Shown: in pieces, positions 27,252 through 37,914 of the stretch
Layout: each line of letters opens with the position of its first letter
Position numbering within the stretch: position 1 is the stretch's first letter
Assembly: GCA_963559585.1 (NCBI GenBank)
Contig: CAUWLJ010000004.1
Location: 2,954 to 66,953 of the forward strand
Length of the DNA: 64,000 nt
From: an uncultured Eisenbergiella sp.
GTDB taxonomy: Bacteria; Bacillota; Clostridia; Lachnospirales; Lachnospiraceae
Direction: 5' to 3'
Program-made: the position numbers and the translations under genes
Notes under the pieces: generated by a model
Told to the model about the DNA's origin: nothing
Databases searched by the model: none
Seen by the model: only the letters and a program-made list of their open reading frames with translations

Positions 27252-28238
27252 ATGAATATATACGACATTGCCAGGCTGGCGGGCGTATCCATTGCCACGG
27301 TTTCCAGGGTGGTGAACGACAGCCCCAAGGTCAGCGACCGGACGAAGGCCAGAGTGCACGAGATCATGGAGCAGTACCACTATACGCCCAACGTATTCGC
27401 CCGGGGGCTGGGGCTGAACTCCATGAAGACCGTGGGAATCATCTGCCCGGATGTGGCCGACACCTATATGGCCAGGGCCGTCTCCTACCTGGAAAAGAAT
27501 CTCCGGGGCTACGGCTACGACTGCATCCTCTATTGCAGCGGCTACGACACGGAGGACAAACAGCAGGCCATAGAGCTTATTTTAAAGAAGAAAATCGATG
27601 CGCTGATTCTGGTGGGCTCCAATTATGTAGATGAGGGACTGGATTTTTTCCCGCAGGAATCAGAACCCATCCCCGTCTTTCTGGTCAACGGCCATGTGGC
27701 AGACGAGAGGGTCTACTGCGTCATGGCCGACGACTACCAGGCCGTGTACGATGTGACGGATGAACTGCTCTTCGAGGGACGGCGGCGCATCCTTTTTCTG
27801 GCAAACGCCGACACCTTCAGCGCCCGGCGCAAGCAGGCAGGCTATGAGGCCGCGCTGGCAGAGCACCAGGTGGAGGCAGACCCCAGGCTCCTTCTTTTCT
27901 CTGAAAACGAGGTGGGGGCCACGCGGGATCTTCTGCTGCGCCAGAGGGATCTGGACTTCGACAGCATAATCGCTTCCGAGGACACTCTCGCCATAGGCGC
28001 GCTCAAATATGCCCGCGCCCGGGGGCTGCGCGTACCGGAGGAGCTTGCCATCATCGGCTACAACAACTCCCAGACCGCCATCTGCTGTGAGCCGGAATTA
28101 AGCTCCGTGGACAACCGGGTGGAGGCTCTGTGCCGGACAGCCATCGACTCCCTGATGGCTGTTCTGAACGGGGAAAAAGTGGAACAGAAGCAGGTGCTCA
28201 GGTGCCACCTGATCAGGCGCGGCACCACGGATTTCTAA
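27252..28238 (+). CDS. LacI-family transcriptional regulator
   Basis: MNIYDIARLAGVSIATVSRVVN HTH, YTPNVFARGL, sugar-binding domain. Confidence 0.95.
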   Translation: MNIYDIARLAGVSIATVSRVVNDSPKVSDRTKARVHEIMEQYHYTPNVFARGLGLNSMKTVGIICPDVADTYMARAVSYLEKNLRGYGYDCILYCSGYDTEDKQQAIELILKKKIDALILVGSNYVDEGLDFFPQESEPIPVFLVNGHVADERVYCVMADDYQAVYDVTDELLFEGRRRILFLANADTFSARRKQAGYEAALAEHQVEADPRLLLFSENEVGATRDLLLRQRDLDFDSIIASEDTLAIGALKYARARGLRVPEELAIIGYNNSQTAICCEPELSSVDNRVEALCRTAIDSLMAVLNGEKVEQKQVLRCHLIRRGTTDF

Positions 28239-28343
28239 AGCCCGTTTTTGAAAAAGCCTAAACTTACGCTGCAGGAATGGCTGCCCGGCCCGCTGCCCGC
28301 GGGAATAAAAATAAATCAAAAAAGAACAAGGAGGATACTTCAC

Positions 28344-29759
28344 ATGAAGGAATTTATGGACGGGAACTTTTTATTAAGCTCCGGTACGGCTCAGGAGCTG
28401 TATCACGATTTTGCGGCCAAAATGCCCATTCTGGACTATCACTGCCACATCAATCCCCAGGAAATCGCGGAGGACCGCCAGTTTGACAACATCACCCAGG
28501 TATGGCTGGGGGGTGATCACTACAAGTGGAGGCAGATGCGCTCCAACGGAGTGGATGAGGCCTATATCACAGGCGACGCGCCCGACAGGGAGAAATTTCA
28601 GAAATGGGCGGAAACCCTGGAAAAAGCCATCGGCAACCCGCTTTACCACTGGAGCCACCTGGAGTTGCAGCGCTTCTTCGGCTACCATGGCGTGCTGAAC
28701 AGCAAAACCGCAGAGGAGGTGTGGCAGCTCTGCAATGAGAAATTGAAGCAGCCCTCCATGAGCGTGCGTAATCTGATCCGGCAGTCCAACGTAACCCTGC
28801 TGTGCACCACGGACGATCCCGTGGACGATCTGAAATGGCACAAGATCATCCGGGAGGATCCCACCTTCGAGGTTCAGGTGCTTCCCGCCTGGAGGCCCGA
28901 CAAGGCCATGAATCTGGAAAAACCGGACTACACCGACTATCTGGAGAAGCTTTCTCAGGTTTCCGGCATTGCGATACGCACCTTCGCAGATCTGAAAACG
29001 GCCCTTTCCGTGCGGATGGACTATTTCAACGCTGCCGGCTGCTGCGTATCCGATCACGGCGTCAGCTATGTGATGTACCAGCCTGCTTCCGATGAGGAGG
29101 TGGAGGCCATTTTTGCCAGACGGCTGGCCGGAGAGCCGGTAACGGAGGCGGAGGCCGCCAGGTTCAAAACCGCCTTCCTCCTTTTCCTGGGAGCCAAATA
29201 CAGGGAATACAACTGGGTGATGCAGCTCCATTACGGCTGTAAGCGTGACAACAATAAGGCAATGTACCGCAGACTTGGGCCCGATACCGGCTTCGACTGC
29301 ATCAGCAATTACACCCCGGGCGGGGAGCTCACCGACTTCCTGAACGCGGTAAACGAACAGGGCGGCCTTCCCAAAACCATCCTTTACAGCCTGAATCCCG
29401 GCGACGACGAGCTGATCGGCTCCGTGATCGGCTGTTTCCAGGACGGCAGTGCGGCAGGCAAGATCCAGCATGGTTCCGCCTGGTGGTTCAACGACAACAA
29501 GACCGGCATGATCAGGCAGATGACTGCTCTGGCCAACCTGGGGCTGCTGGGCAATTTCATCGGGATGCTCACCGACTCCAGAAGCTTCCTCTCCTATCCC
29601 AGACATGAATACTTCAGGCGGATCCTGTGCGAGCTTATCGGCGGATGGGTGGAAAACGGGGAATATCCCAGGGATATAGAAGCCCTGGAAGGTATCGTGA
29701 AGGGAATCTCCTATAACAATGCTGTGAAGTATTTTGGATTTGATCTGGAAATGAAATAG
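28344..29759 (+). CDS. uxaC: Uronate (glucuronate/galacturonate) isomerase
   Basis: PILDYHCHI, WLGGDHYKWR, CTTDDP, GSAWWFND, LTDSRSFLSYPRHEYFRR; ATG 28344 after GGAGG. Confidence 0.95.
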   Translation: MKEFMDGNFLLSSGTAQELYHDFAAKMPILDYHCHINPQEIAEDRQFDNITQVWLGGDHYKWRQMRSNGVDEAYITGDAPDREKFQKWAETLEKAIGNPLYHWSHLELQRFFGYHGVLNSKTAEEVWQLCNEKLKQPSMSVRNLIRQSNVTLLCTTDDPVDDLKWHKIIREDPTFEVQVLPAWRPDKAMNLEKPDYTDYLEKLSQVSGIAIRTFADLKTALSVRMDYFNAAGCCVSDHGVSYVMYQPASDEEVEAIFARRLAGEPVTEAEAARFKTAFLLFLGAKYREYNWVMQLHYGCKRDNNKAMYRRLGPDTGFDCISNYTPGGELTDFLNAVNEQGGLPKTILYSLNPGDDELIGSVIGCFQDGSAAGKIQHGSAWWFNDNKTGMIRQMTALANLGLLGNFIGMLTDSRSFLSYPRHEYFRRILCELIGGWVENGEYPRDIEALEGIVKGISYNNAVKYFGFDLEMK

Positions 29760-29815
29760 AATGGATTTGAATGCGGCGCGCCGACCCTGAGTGGGCGCGC
29801 CGTCTTTGTGCCCTC

Positions 29816-31483
29816 TCACATCAACGGCGCAATCAGCCTCAGAAACCGCCCGCTGAGCTTGACAGACAGCTTCTCCCTCCTGCAGATCTCCGGTGTGATC
29901 TCACGGCATTGGCTCAGCGTGGCCTGGAAATCCGCCTCCACATCTCCCACAGCATCCATCCCGGCGAACAGCACCGCACACTCATAATGCAGATACAGGC
30001 TGCGGTAATCCAGATTGATGGTTCCCACCACCGCCCGGTCGTCGTCGCTCACAAAGCTCTTGGCATGGACAAAGCCCGGCTGAAACTGATAGATCTTTAC
30101 CCCCGCCTCCAGCAGCTCCGGATAAAAGGTCTTGGCCACCACAAAGGCATACCACTTATCCGGGATCCCCGGCATGATGATCTTCACATCGATCCCCCGC
30201 CCGGCCGCATAGGTGAGGGCCGTCACCATCTCATTGTCCAGAATCAGGTAAGGGGTCATGATGTGCACATATCTTTTGGCAGAATACAGAATATCCATGT
30301 ACACAGATTCCCCGATATTCTCATTATCCATAGGGCTGTCCCCATAGGGAATCACGAAGCCCTCCGTGGTACAGTCCGGGGGCTGGATGCCGTCCGCAGG
30401 CGGAGCACCGCCGGGCCGCCGGTTATCGGCTGTGTCCTGTGCATCATTTAATGTCCGGGCAGATTCCCGGCTATCCAGCCTGGGATAATAACGGGACACG
30501 TCGATCTCCGCCGTTTCCTCCTTCAGCTTCCAGGTCTGCCAGGCCTGCAGGAACATGGAGGTAAAGCTTCTGACCGCCTCTCCCTCCAAAAGCACCGCCG
30601 TATCCTTCCAGTAACCGTAACGCACCTCCGCGTTGATGTAGGCATCCTCCAGATTGATCCCTCCGGTAAACGCGGTGTGTCCGTCGATCACCGTGATCTT
30701 CCGGTGATCCCTGTTGTTCTGCACCGTGGAAAGGACAGGTTCGATCTGATTGAAAACCCTGCACTGGATCCCCATAGCGCGCAGAGTGTCCGCATAATGA
30801 TAGGGCATACGGAAGGAGCAGGTACCGTCATACATAAAACGCACCTCCACGCCCTCCGCCGCCTTTCTGGACAGCACCTCCAACAGGGTGTTCCACATAC
30901 CGCAGTCCTCGAAGGAGAAATATTCCATGAAAATGAAGGATTCCGCCGTCTCCAGCCGTTCCAGCATTACCTCAAACATGGCCTCCCCGGAGGGAAAATA
31001 GCGCACTTTGGTATTCTGGTACACCGGAAAATGACCGCGCTGATACAGATACCGGGACAGATTGGCCAGCCCCGCATCCTTCTGCTGCAGTCTCTCAAAA
31101 ACCTCCGCCTTCTGGCAGTCCTGGGCGGTAAGCCCCTTTTCCAGCTTGTTCTGCCGGTAATAAACCAGCCTTCTCCCCAGCTGATAATCCAGAAACAGAT
31201 ATAAAAAGATACCGAACACCGGAAGAAGGGTGACCGGAAGCATCCAGGCCAGCTTGTAGCTGGGATTGCCCTTCCGGTTCACGATCACAAGGATCGCCAC
31301 CAGGTTCAAAAGCAGCATACCGCCGTAGGTATAGGGCAGAAAGCTGCGCAGCCTGCCAAAAATGCCCAGCAGATAGAAAAGCTGAAGGAGCAGCAGCAGG
31401 ACAATGATGGCCGTCCGGCTGAAAAGAACGCGCTTTACCTTTCTTTTTCCTTTTTGAACCAGTCTGGTGGGATCAGATGCCAT
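29816..31483 (-). CDS. cls: Cardiolipin synthase
   Basis: N-terminal TMs, two PLD motifs RDHRKITVIDG..TGGIN and VHAKSFVSDD..GTINLD. Confidence 0.92.
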   Translation of the reverse strand: MASDPTRLVQKGKRKVKRVLFSRTAIIVLLLLLQLFYLLGIFGRLRSFLPYTYGGMLLLNLVAILVIVNRKGNPSYKLAWMLPVTLLPVFGIFLYLFLDYQLGRRLVYYRQNKLEKGLTAQDCQKAEVFERLQQKDAGLANLSRYLYQRGHFPVYQNTKVRYFPSGEAMFEVMLERLETAESFIFMEYFSFEDCGMWNTLLEVLSRKAAEGVEVRFMYDGTCSFRMPYHYADTLRAMGIQCRVFNQIEPVLSTVQNNRDHRKITVIDGHTAFTGGINLEDAYINAEVRYGYWKDTAVLLEGEAVRSFTSMFLQAWQTWKLKEETAEIDVSRYYPRLDSRESARTLNDAQDTADNRRPGGAPPADGIQPPDCTTEGFVIPYGDSPMDNENIGESVYMDILYSAKRYVHIMTPYLILDNEMVTALTYAAGRGIDVKIIMPGIPDKWYAFVVAKTFYPELLEAGVKIYQFQPGFVHAKSFVSDDDRAVVGTINLDYRSLYLHYECAVLFAGMDAVGDVEADFQATLSQCREITPEICRREKLSVKLSGRFLRLIAPLM

Positions 31484-31524
31484 ATCAGAAACTCCTTTTC
31501 CTGTTTTTCTTTGGTATGCTTCTA

Positions 31525-33741
31525 TTATATCTGCGCAACGGAATGCTCTGTTCCATTCCCTCTCCGCCTGGGCCTTCTCCTGCGCCGTTTCTTTGCAGGC
31601 GTCTGCTCTGCACCGCTTTCTTCCCGGCCGCTCTGATCTTCCTGAGCGCTCCGGCCCTCCTGGGTTTTCCGGCTATCCTGGCTTCCCCGGCCTCTCCGGT
31701 TTCTCCGGTTCTTTTTTCCTCTCCGCTCGGCCTGTCCTTCACCATCTTCCTGCCCGGCGCGTCCCGGGGGCTTCATCCTCCCGGCTGACAGACTGCGCTT
31801 TTCCCGGCGCATCTCCTCATAGCAGCGGTCGCACATCCTGGAGGATACCCCGAGAGGAAGCAGAGCGCCGCAGAACTGACACTTGCGGATATACTCCTTT
31901 TTATCCTTGGACAGGTAGAGCATGATCGTTTCTTCCGTTTTGGCCCGCTCCTGATCCAGACGCTCCAGGTCGATCTCCTTACCCAGCCGCACGGAAAACT
32001 GGTAATACAGATCCAGCATTTTATAGAAGGTCTCGTACCGCATCAGCCCCTTGTCGGTGCACATGATCAGGGAGGGGAAATGCAGGGATACATCTGCCGT
32101 ATAGGTTTTGCAGTAATACAGCCACAGCTCCACAATATCCCTGTTCTTGATGTCGATGGAGCAGGTAAGCATGCGGTACAGCATGTGCTTGTCCTCGAAG
32201 CCGTCGATCTCCTTCCGGTCGCGGTAGGCCTTTTCATAAAGGAACAGTACCTCCTCAATGCTGATCTTCTCAAAAGGAGGCTCCGTCTCCACAGATTTCC
32301 AGATTTTCAGGATGGCGTCCAGCGGTTCATCCATATCCAGAAGCACCTGGGGAAAGCCCAGGCTCACATGATCCACATCCGGCTCGATCTGGTCAAAACG
32401 CTCTCTGATAAAGGCAAGCTCCTCCTCGCCCACCGCGCTCACATAGCCCGTATCGTAGAGTCCAAAGCGCCCGGCCCGGCCTGCAATCTGCCTGATCTCA
32501 GCCGTTTTCAGCGGCCTGGTGCTCTTTCCGTCGAATTTATCCGTCTGGACGAATACGATCCGTCTCACAGGCAGGTTCAATCCCATACCGATGGCGTCCG
32601 TGGACACTACCACCTTCGTCTCCTTCCGGGCAAACAGGCCGATCTGCCTGCGGCGGATCTCAGGCGGCAGGCTTCCATAGATCACGCTGGCCTTCACACC
32701 GTTTCTCTCCAGACGCCCTGCAATGTCCAGCACCGCCCTCTTGGTGAAAACGATCAGCGCGTCCCCGTCCTGTACATCCTCCGGGAACACAAACGGCTCC
32801 TGTTCACAGAAAAGCCTGGTTTTTCTCTCGTACCGGTTGATCTCATAGGTATCCCCGCACAGGCCGATCAGATGGGTCACTACCTTTTCCGCCGCCGGGC
32901 TCATACATACATGGATCTCCTGCGCCTGCACGCCCAGGATCGCCCTCGTCCAGGAATGCCCCCTGTCGGGATCCGCAATCATCTGAGCCTCATCGATCAC
33001 CGCCACATCATACTTAAGGTCAATATCCAGCATTTCCACGGTGGAGGAAATGATCCGGCTGTTTTCCTCGTAAATGCGCTCCTCCCCGGTGAGCATGGTG
33101 CAGGGGAGCCCCGCCTCCTTCATCTTTTCATACACTTCAAGGGCCAGGAGGCGCAGAGGCCCCAGGTATACCCCGTTCTGCGCCTCCCGCAGCCGTTCCA
33201 GGGCGTGGTAGGTCTTTCCGCAGTTGGTGGGGCCGATGTGGAGTACGAAACGGCGCTGCATCTGGAGCGCCTGTGGGAACTCCATCTCAGGCCTGGTGGG
33301 AACGCGGCCGATGATCTCATTCTTAACGCCAAAATCCGCATGATTTTTCACCAGATTCCTGAGCGTCTTGCCGCAGATCTCAAAGGGCTTCTCATCCCGC
33401 AGGAAATCCAGGAACCGGGCGGTAATCATCTCCTGATCCTCCGGCGCCACCCCTGCCAGATCCAGCCGTACCAGCTCTCCCATCATCAGATCCCTGATCT
33501 TCATGACGGCAATCTGATTATCCTCCCGGAACGCAAAATATGCCAGGTTCCGGATCTGGCGGTGATATTCCTCCAGATGCGCCTGACTGAGCTTCCCGGT
33601 TTTTTTCTGCATTTCCTCCAGAAGGCTGTCGATCCTGCGCTCGTAGGTTTTCTTTCCTTCGTTGTTCTTTTTCTTCAGCTTCTTTGCACAGTCTCTGTAC
33701 TGGGCAAAATAAAACTGTACCAGTTTTTCCTTCTGTACCAT
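31525..33741 (-). CDS. Suv3-like SF2 helicase with C-terminal CxxC-CxxC and basic tail
   Basis: HIGPTNCGKTY, YLGPLRLLA, IDEAQM, STDAIGMGLN, QIAGRAGR; CQFCG..MCDRC; RRRRRPRRR tail. Confidence 0.85.
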   Translation of the reverse strand: MVQKEKLVQFYFAQYRDCAKKLKKKNNEGKKTYERRIDSLLEEMQKKTGKLSQAHLEEYHRQIRNLAYFAFREDNQIAVMKIRDLMMGELVRLDLAGVAPEDQEMITARFLDFLRDEKPFEICGKTLRNLVKNHADFGVKNEIIGRVPTRPEMEFPQALQMQRRFVLHIGPTNCGKTYHALERLREAQNGVYLGPLRLLALEVYEKMKEAGLPCTMLTGEERIYEENSRIISSTVEMLDIDLKYDVAVIDEAQMIADPDRGHSWTRAILGVQAQEIHVCMSPAAEKVVTHLIGLCGDTYEINRYERKTRLFCEQEPFVFPEDVQDGDALIVFTKRAVLDIAGRLERNGVKASVIYGSLPPEIRRRQIGLFARKETKVVVSTDAIGMGLNLPVRRIVFVQTDKFDGKSTRPLKTAEIRQIAGRAGRFGLYDTGYVSAVGEEELAFIRERFDQIEPDVDHVSLGFPQVLLDMDEPLDAILKIWKSVETEPPFEKISIEEVLFLYEKAYRDRKEIDGFEDKHMLYRMLTCSIDIKNRDIVELWLYYCKTYTADVSLHFPSLIMCTDKGLMRYETFYKMLDLYYQFSVRLGKEIDLERLDQERAKTEETIMLYLSKDKKEYIRKCQFCGALLPLGVSSRMCDRCYEEMRREKRSLSAGRMKPPGRAGQEDGEGQAERRGKKNRRNRRGRGSQDSRKTQEGRSAQEDQSGREESGAEQTPAKKRRRRRPRRRGNGTEHSVAQI

Positions 33742-33861
33742 GGGTTGTTTTCCGTTTCTTACATTGTAGAAAAGAAGGCAATCCGCGCGCCATACGCCTC
33801 ATGCCTTCTTCTTCACCCTTTCTGCTGCCGCCGAAATTCAGGTCTCCCTGCCGGGCCGGAA

Positions 33862-33883
33862 CGTGTTTGAAAATCCATTCCCG
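33862..33883. repeat. 22-bp copy of the element at 19260-19281
   Basis: CGTGTTTGAAAATCCATTCCCG identical at both sites. Confidence 0.75.
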
Positions 33884-33897
33884 CGCTCCGGATCCTC

Positions 33898-35244
33898 TTA
33901 CAGCCTTTTCAGCAGTTCTTCTCTCTGCGCCTCATAGCCGGGCTTTCCGAGAAGGGCGAACATATTCTTCTTGTAGCTCTCCACGCCGGGCTGGTTGAAG
34001 GGATTCACCCCGAGAAGGTATCCGCTCACACCGCAGGCAAACTCGAAGAAGTAGAAAAGCTGTCCAAGATAAAATTCGTTTGCTTCAGGAACGTTGACCA
34101 TCAGGTTGGGAACCTGTCCGTCCGTATGCGCCAGAATGGTTCCGTTCATCGCGCTCTTGTTGACGAAGTCAACGGTCTTTCCCGCCAGATAGTTCAGGCC
34201 GTCCAGATCCACGGGCTCCTCGCCGATGATGATCTCCTCCCTGGAAGTCTCCAGATTGATCACCGTCTCAAACATGATGCGGGCTCCGTCCTGAATGAAC
34301 TGTCCCATGGAATGCAGGTCAGTGGTCAGATCCACGCTGGCAGGGAAGATACCCTTCTGATCCTTGCCCTCGCTCTCGCCGTAGAGCTGCTTCCACCACT
34401 CGGATACGAAGTGAACGCTGGGCTCGTAGTTAGCCAGGATCTCAACGGTTTTTCCTTTTCTTAAAAGGATGTTGCGGATGGCGGCATATTTCAGGGCGTC
34501 ATTGTCCTCAAAGGCTGCCTCCAGCGCTTTCTTCCGTCCATCTGCCGCTCCCTCCATCAGCTTGTCGATGTCTGCGCCGCTCACTGCGATGGGCAGAAGT
34601 CCCACTGCGGTCAGAACGGAGAAACGTCCTCCCACGTCATCGGGAACCACAAAGCTCTCATAGCCCTCCTCTGTGGCAAGCCCCTTCAGGGATCCTCTTG
34701 CACGGTCGGTGGTAGCGTAGATCCTCCTGGACGCTTCCTCCTTGCCGTACTTCTTCTCCATCATTTCCTTAAACACACGGAACGCAATGGCAGGCTCTGT
34801 GGTGGTGCCGGACTTGGAGATCATGTTGATGGAGAAATCCCTGTCACCGATCACGTCGATCAGATGCTTAATGTAGGTGGAGCTGATGGAATTACCCACA
34901 AAGTAGATCTCAGGGGTCTTTCTCACTTCTTTGCTCACACTGTTGTAGAAGCTGTGTCTTAAAAACTCAATGGCCGCCCTCGCCCCCAGATAAGAACCGC
35001 CGATTCCGATTACCAGCAGAACCTCGGAATCGCTCTGGATTTTGGCTGCCGCCTTCTTGATCCTGTCGAACTCTTCCTTATCATAATCTACGGGCAGATC
35101 GATCCATCCCAGGAAATCGCTGCCTGCTCCGGTTTTGGACACCAGCAGTTCCCTGGCGTCACATGTCAGCTTTTTCATAAATTCCACTTCATGCTCACTG
35201 ATAAAGGGAGCGGCCTTGGAATAATCAAAAGTCACTTTGCTCAT
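33898..35244 (-). CDS. pgi: Glucose-6-phosphate isomerase
   Basis: [48 protein letters not shown]; start MSKVTF 35244. Confidence 0.96.
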   Translation of the reverse strand: MSKVTFDYSKAAPFISEHEVEFMKKLTCDARELLVSKTGAGSDFLGWIDLPVDYDKEEFDRIKKAAAKIQSDSEVLLVIGIGGSYLGARAAIEFLRHSFYNSVSKEVRKTPEIYFVGNSISSTYIKHLIDVIGDRDFSINMISKSGTTTEPAIAFRVFKEMMEKKYGKEEASRRIYATTDRARGSLKGLATEEGYESFVVPDDVGGRFSVLTAVGLLPIAVSGADIDKLMEGAADGRKKALEAAFEDNDALKYAAIRNILLRKGKTVEILANYEPSVHFVSEWWKQLYGESEGKDQKGIFPASVDLTTDLHSMGQFIQDGARIMFETVINLETSREEIIIGEEPVDLDGLNYLAGKTVDFVNKSAMNGTILAHTDGQVPNLMVNVPEANEFYLGQLFYFFEFACGVSGYLLGVNPFNQPGVESYKKNMFALLGKPGYEAQREELLKRL

Positions 35245-35524
35245 CTTTCCTCCTATTCTGCCGCGTCTGCGGCACTGAAATTCACAGGAATTTTTTGTGC
35301 AGGCGCACAAAATGTCATAAAATCCGTTCTTAGTGTAGCAAAGTATTTTCCCGTTTTCAAGCCTTTTTCTCCCGCGTGCACTGCGGCTTATTTCTCCCAT
35401 ATGCGCCGCTGTCGTTTTCTTCAACATGCGCCGCCGCTGTTTTCACCAGCATGTACCGCGGCCGCTGGGCAGCCGCCTCCTATGCAGCCAGAGTTCACCC
35501 CGTGCCCGCTGGACGACCGGCCGC

Positions 35525-36229
35525 CTATGCAAAGAATTCCTTCAGCAGTTCTTCCAGCTCCTTCTCCTGCTTCTTGGTAAAGACCTGTTCCTCCGTGCAT
35601 TTCTCCACGCTGGATGCGCCAGTCCCTGCCATACCCCTGCCTTCCTCCGGCCTGGCCTGGGTTTTCATGGCGAATGCTGCTCTGATCTCCTGGTCAGCCG
35701 CCTCCGTCTCCTCCAGCACAGACAGGCGGGGGGCCATGTGGTTCTCCAGAAAATCTGTCAGGCTGATCTTCAGCATCTCCTTCTTCCCATCCAGATCCAC
35801 CATACCGGAAACACTGAAATACACGTACAGTCCCAGAAAGCTCATCAGATAAAAGGGAATGATTTCTCCGATGGAGCTGCCCCGGGCCAGGGCGCGGCAG
35901 GCCCCCAGCCCGGCAGCTACGATGGAAAGAAGCATGAGCTGGCCTGAAAGATGGCCCAGGCCCTCCACTCTGAATCTTCCAATCTGCAATCTTCCCACAA
36001 ACTTGTCCACAAAGACGGGAATGTTGGGAACGCCATCGTTCAGCTTATAGCAGTTTCGGAATTTCGTCTTACACTGCTTCAAAAGCCGGTTTTCCGTCAC
36101 AGACATGTTCTCCGTCTCCCGGATGAGGGAATTGAGAAAAATTCCTGTAATAAACCTGCATAATATGCTCAATAATAGCAATATAATGGTCGTAGCCACC
36201 AGTTCTTTATTCTCCGCAAGTGAAGTCAT
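35525..36229 (-). CDS. Hypothetical membrane protein (3 predicted TM helices)
   Basis: ATG 36229 after GGAGGA; hydrophobic stretches near residues 10-30 and 85-130; acidic C-terminus. Confidence 0.7.
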   Translation of the reverse strand: MTSLAENKELVATTIILLLLSILCRFITGIFLNSLIRETENMSVTENRLLKQCKTKFRNCYKLNDGVPNIPVFVDKFVGRLQIGRFRVEGLGHLSGQLMLLSIVAAGLGACRALARGSSIGEIIPFYLMSFLGLYVYFSVSGMVDLDGKKEMLKISLTDFLENHMAPRLSVLEETEAADQEIRAAFAMKTQARPEEGRGMAGTGASSVEKCTEEQVFTKKQEKELEELLKEFFA

Positions 36230-36574
36230 ACTATCCTCCGATCCGCTGTCCGCGCAGCCTGTGCCTGTGGGCAGAGAGCTTCCCCTGTACAGAAACGGCC
36301 CTCTGCGTGCTTCGTAACCTGTATTATAGAATCTGGCCCAGGCTCCTACAATACCGGATGGACATGATTTCCTCATGAAATTATGCCATTTTCCGTCAAA
36401 AAAGGAGGGCAGCTGAACTTTATTTTGAAAAGGCTGGCAACAAATGACGATATTTGCTATAATATAAAGTTGAATGTAACAGTTCGTGATAAGACTGGAT
36501 TGTCACGGCCGAATTTACTGACTCAGAAAATTCTCCGAGAGATACAGCCGCCTGTGCGGCAGAAAGAGGGTAGT

Positions 36575-36823
36575 ATGAAATACAAAACCAAAGGTACCTG
36601 CTCCAGCTCCATTGAAATAGAACTGGACGGTGATGTAATCAAATCCGTTTCCTTTACCGGAGGCTGCAACGGCAACCTTCAGGGAATCTCCAGACTTGTG
36701 GAGGGCATGAAGGCCCGGGATGCCATCACCCGGCTAAAAGGGATCAGATGCGGCTTCAAGCCCACCTCATGTCCTGACCAGCTTGCGCTTGCTCTGGAAT
36801 CCATTATGGAAGATCAGCAATAA
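36575..36823 (+). CDS. TIGR03905-type stand-alone TSCPD domain protein
   Basis: MKYKTKGTCS...GGCNGNLQGI...GIRCG..TSCPDQL; ATG 36575 after GAGGG. Confidence 0.9.
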   Translation: MKYKTKGTCSSSIEIELDGDVIKSVSFTGGCNGNLQGISRLVEGMKARDAITRLKGIRCGFKPTSCPDQLALALESIMEDQQ

Positions 36824-36843
36824 AAAATCCGGGGGATTCATCC

Positions 36844-37914
36844 ATGTCAAAAAAAATCGTACTTACCGGCGGAGGCACCGCCGGTCATATTACACCGAAC
36901 ATTGCCCTGCTGCCCCTCCTTGCCAAGCTGGGCTATGAGGTTTCTTATATCGGTTCCTATCAGGGAATGGAGAAGAAACTGATAGGGGATTATGACATCC
37001 CCTATTACGGAATCGCAACCGGTAAATTCCGCCGATATTTTGATCTGAAGAATTTCACTGATCCCTTCCGTGTGGTGAAGGGTTATGGAGAAGCCCGCCG
37101 TATCCTGAAGGAGCTTCGACCCAGCGTTGTTTTTTCCAAGGGCGGCTTCGTATCCGTTCCGGTGGTGCGTGCAGCGGCTTCCCTCAGAATCCCCTGTGTG
37201 ATCCATGAATCCGATATGACCCCCGGCCTTGCCAACAAGCTGTGTATTCCTGCCGCCCGCAAGGTCTGCTGCAATTTCCCGGAAACCATGCAGTCCCTTC
37301 CGGCAGATAAGGCCGTTCTTACCGGCTCCCCCATCCGGGAGGAGCTCTCGCACGGAAGCAAATCGGCCGGGCTGCAGCTGTGCCATTTCACGGCAGGCAA
37401 GCCCGTTCTCATGGTTATCGGAGGATCTCTGGGCGCCGCCTCCATCAATCAGGCTGTCAGGGAAGCGCTGCCGCAGCTGTTGGAGGATTTTCAGGTGGTT
37501 CACATCTGCGGCAACGATAAGATCGACAATCTGCTGTTAAACCGGCCCGGATACGTCCAGTTTGAATATCTGAAGGGAGAGCTGAAGGACGTCTTTGCCA
37601 TGGCCGACATCGTGGTATCCAGAGCCGGAGCCAACGCCATCTGCGAGCTTCTGGCTCTGAAGAAGCCCAATCTGCTGATCCCTCTCTCCGCCGGAAGCAG
37701 AGGCGATCAGATCCTCAATGCCCGTTCCTTTGAATCACAGGGCTTCAGCATGGTACTGGATGAGGACTATCTGAGCCCTGATCTGCTCACAGAGAAGGTA
37801 CGGGAGCTGTATTCCAACAGACAGTCTTACATCAAGGCCATGAGCTCCAGCCAGCAGATGAATGCTTCCAAAACCATCGTGGAGCTGTTGGACGGAATTG
37901 CTTCCAAAAGCTGA
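36844..37914 (+). CDS. murG: Undecaprenyl-PP-MurNAc-pentapeptide GlcNAc transferase
   Basis: LTGGGTAGHI, KGGFVSVP, HESD, GGSLGA, SRAGAN, RGDQILNA. Confidence 0.93.
   Translation: MSKKIVLTGGGTAGHITPNIALLPLLAKLGYEVSYIGSYQGMEKKLIGDYDIPYYGIATGKFRRYFDLKNFTDPFRVVKGYGEARRILKELRPSVVFSKGGFVSVPVVRAAASLRIPCVIHESDMTPGLANKLCIPAARKVCCNFPETMQSLPADKAVLTGSPIREELSHGSKSAGLQLCHFTAGKPVLMVIGGSLGAASINQAVREALPQLLEDFQVVHICGNDKIDNLLLNRPGYVQFEYLKGELKDVFAMADIVVSRAGANAICELLALKKPNLLIPLSAGSRGDQILNARSFESQGFSMVLDEDYLSPDLLTEKVRELYSNRQSYIKAMSSSQQMNASKTIVELLDGIASKS

Noticed and set aside
28374-29819. 481-aa minus-strand ORF
   Set aside because: Antisense shadow of uxaC.
32080-33870. 596-aa plus-strand ORF
   Set aside because: Antisense shadow of the Suv3-like helicase.
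35398-35475. Imperfect ~26-bp tandem CATGCGCCGC.. repeats upstream of the pgi promoter
   Set aside because: Too degenerate to separate from GC-rich noise by eye.
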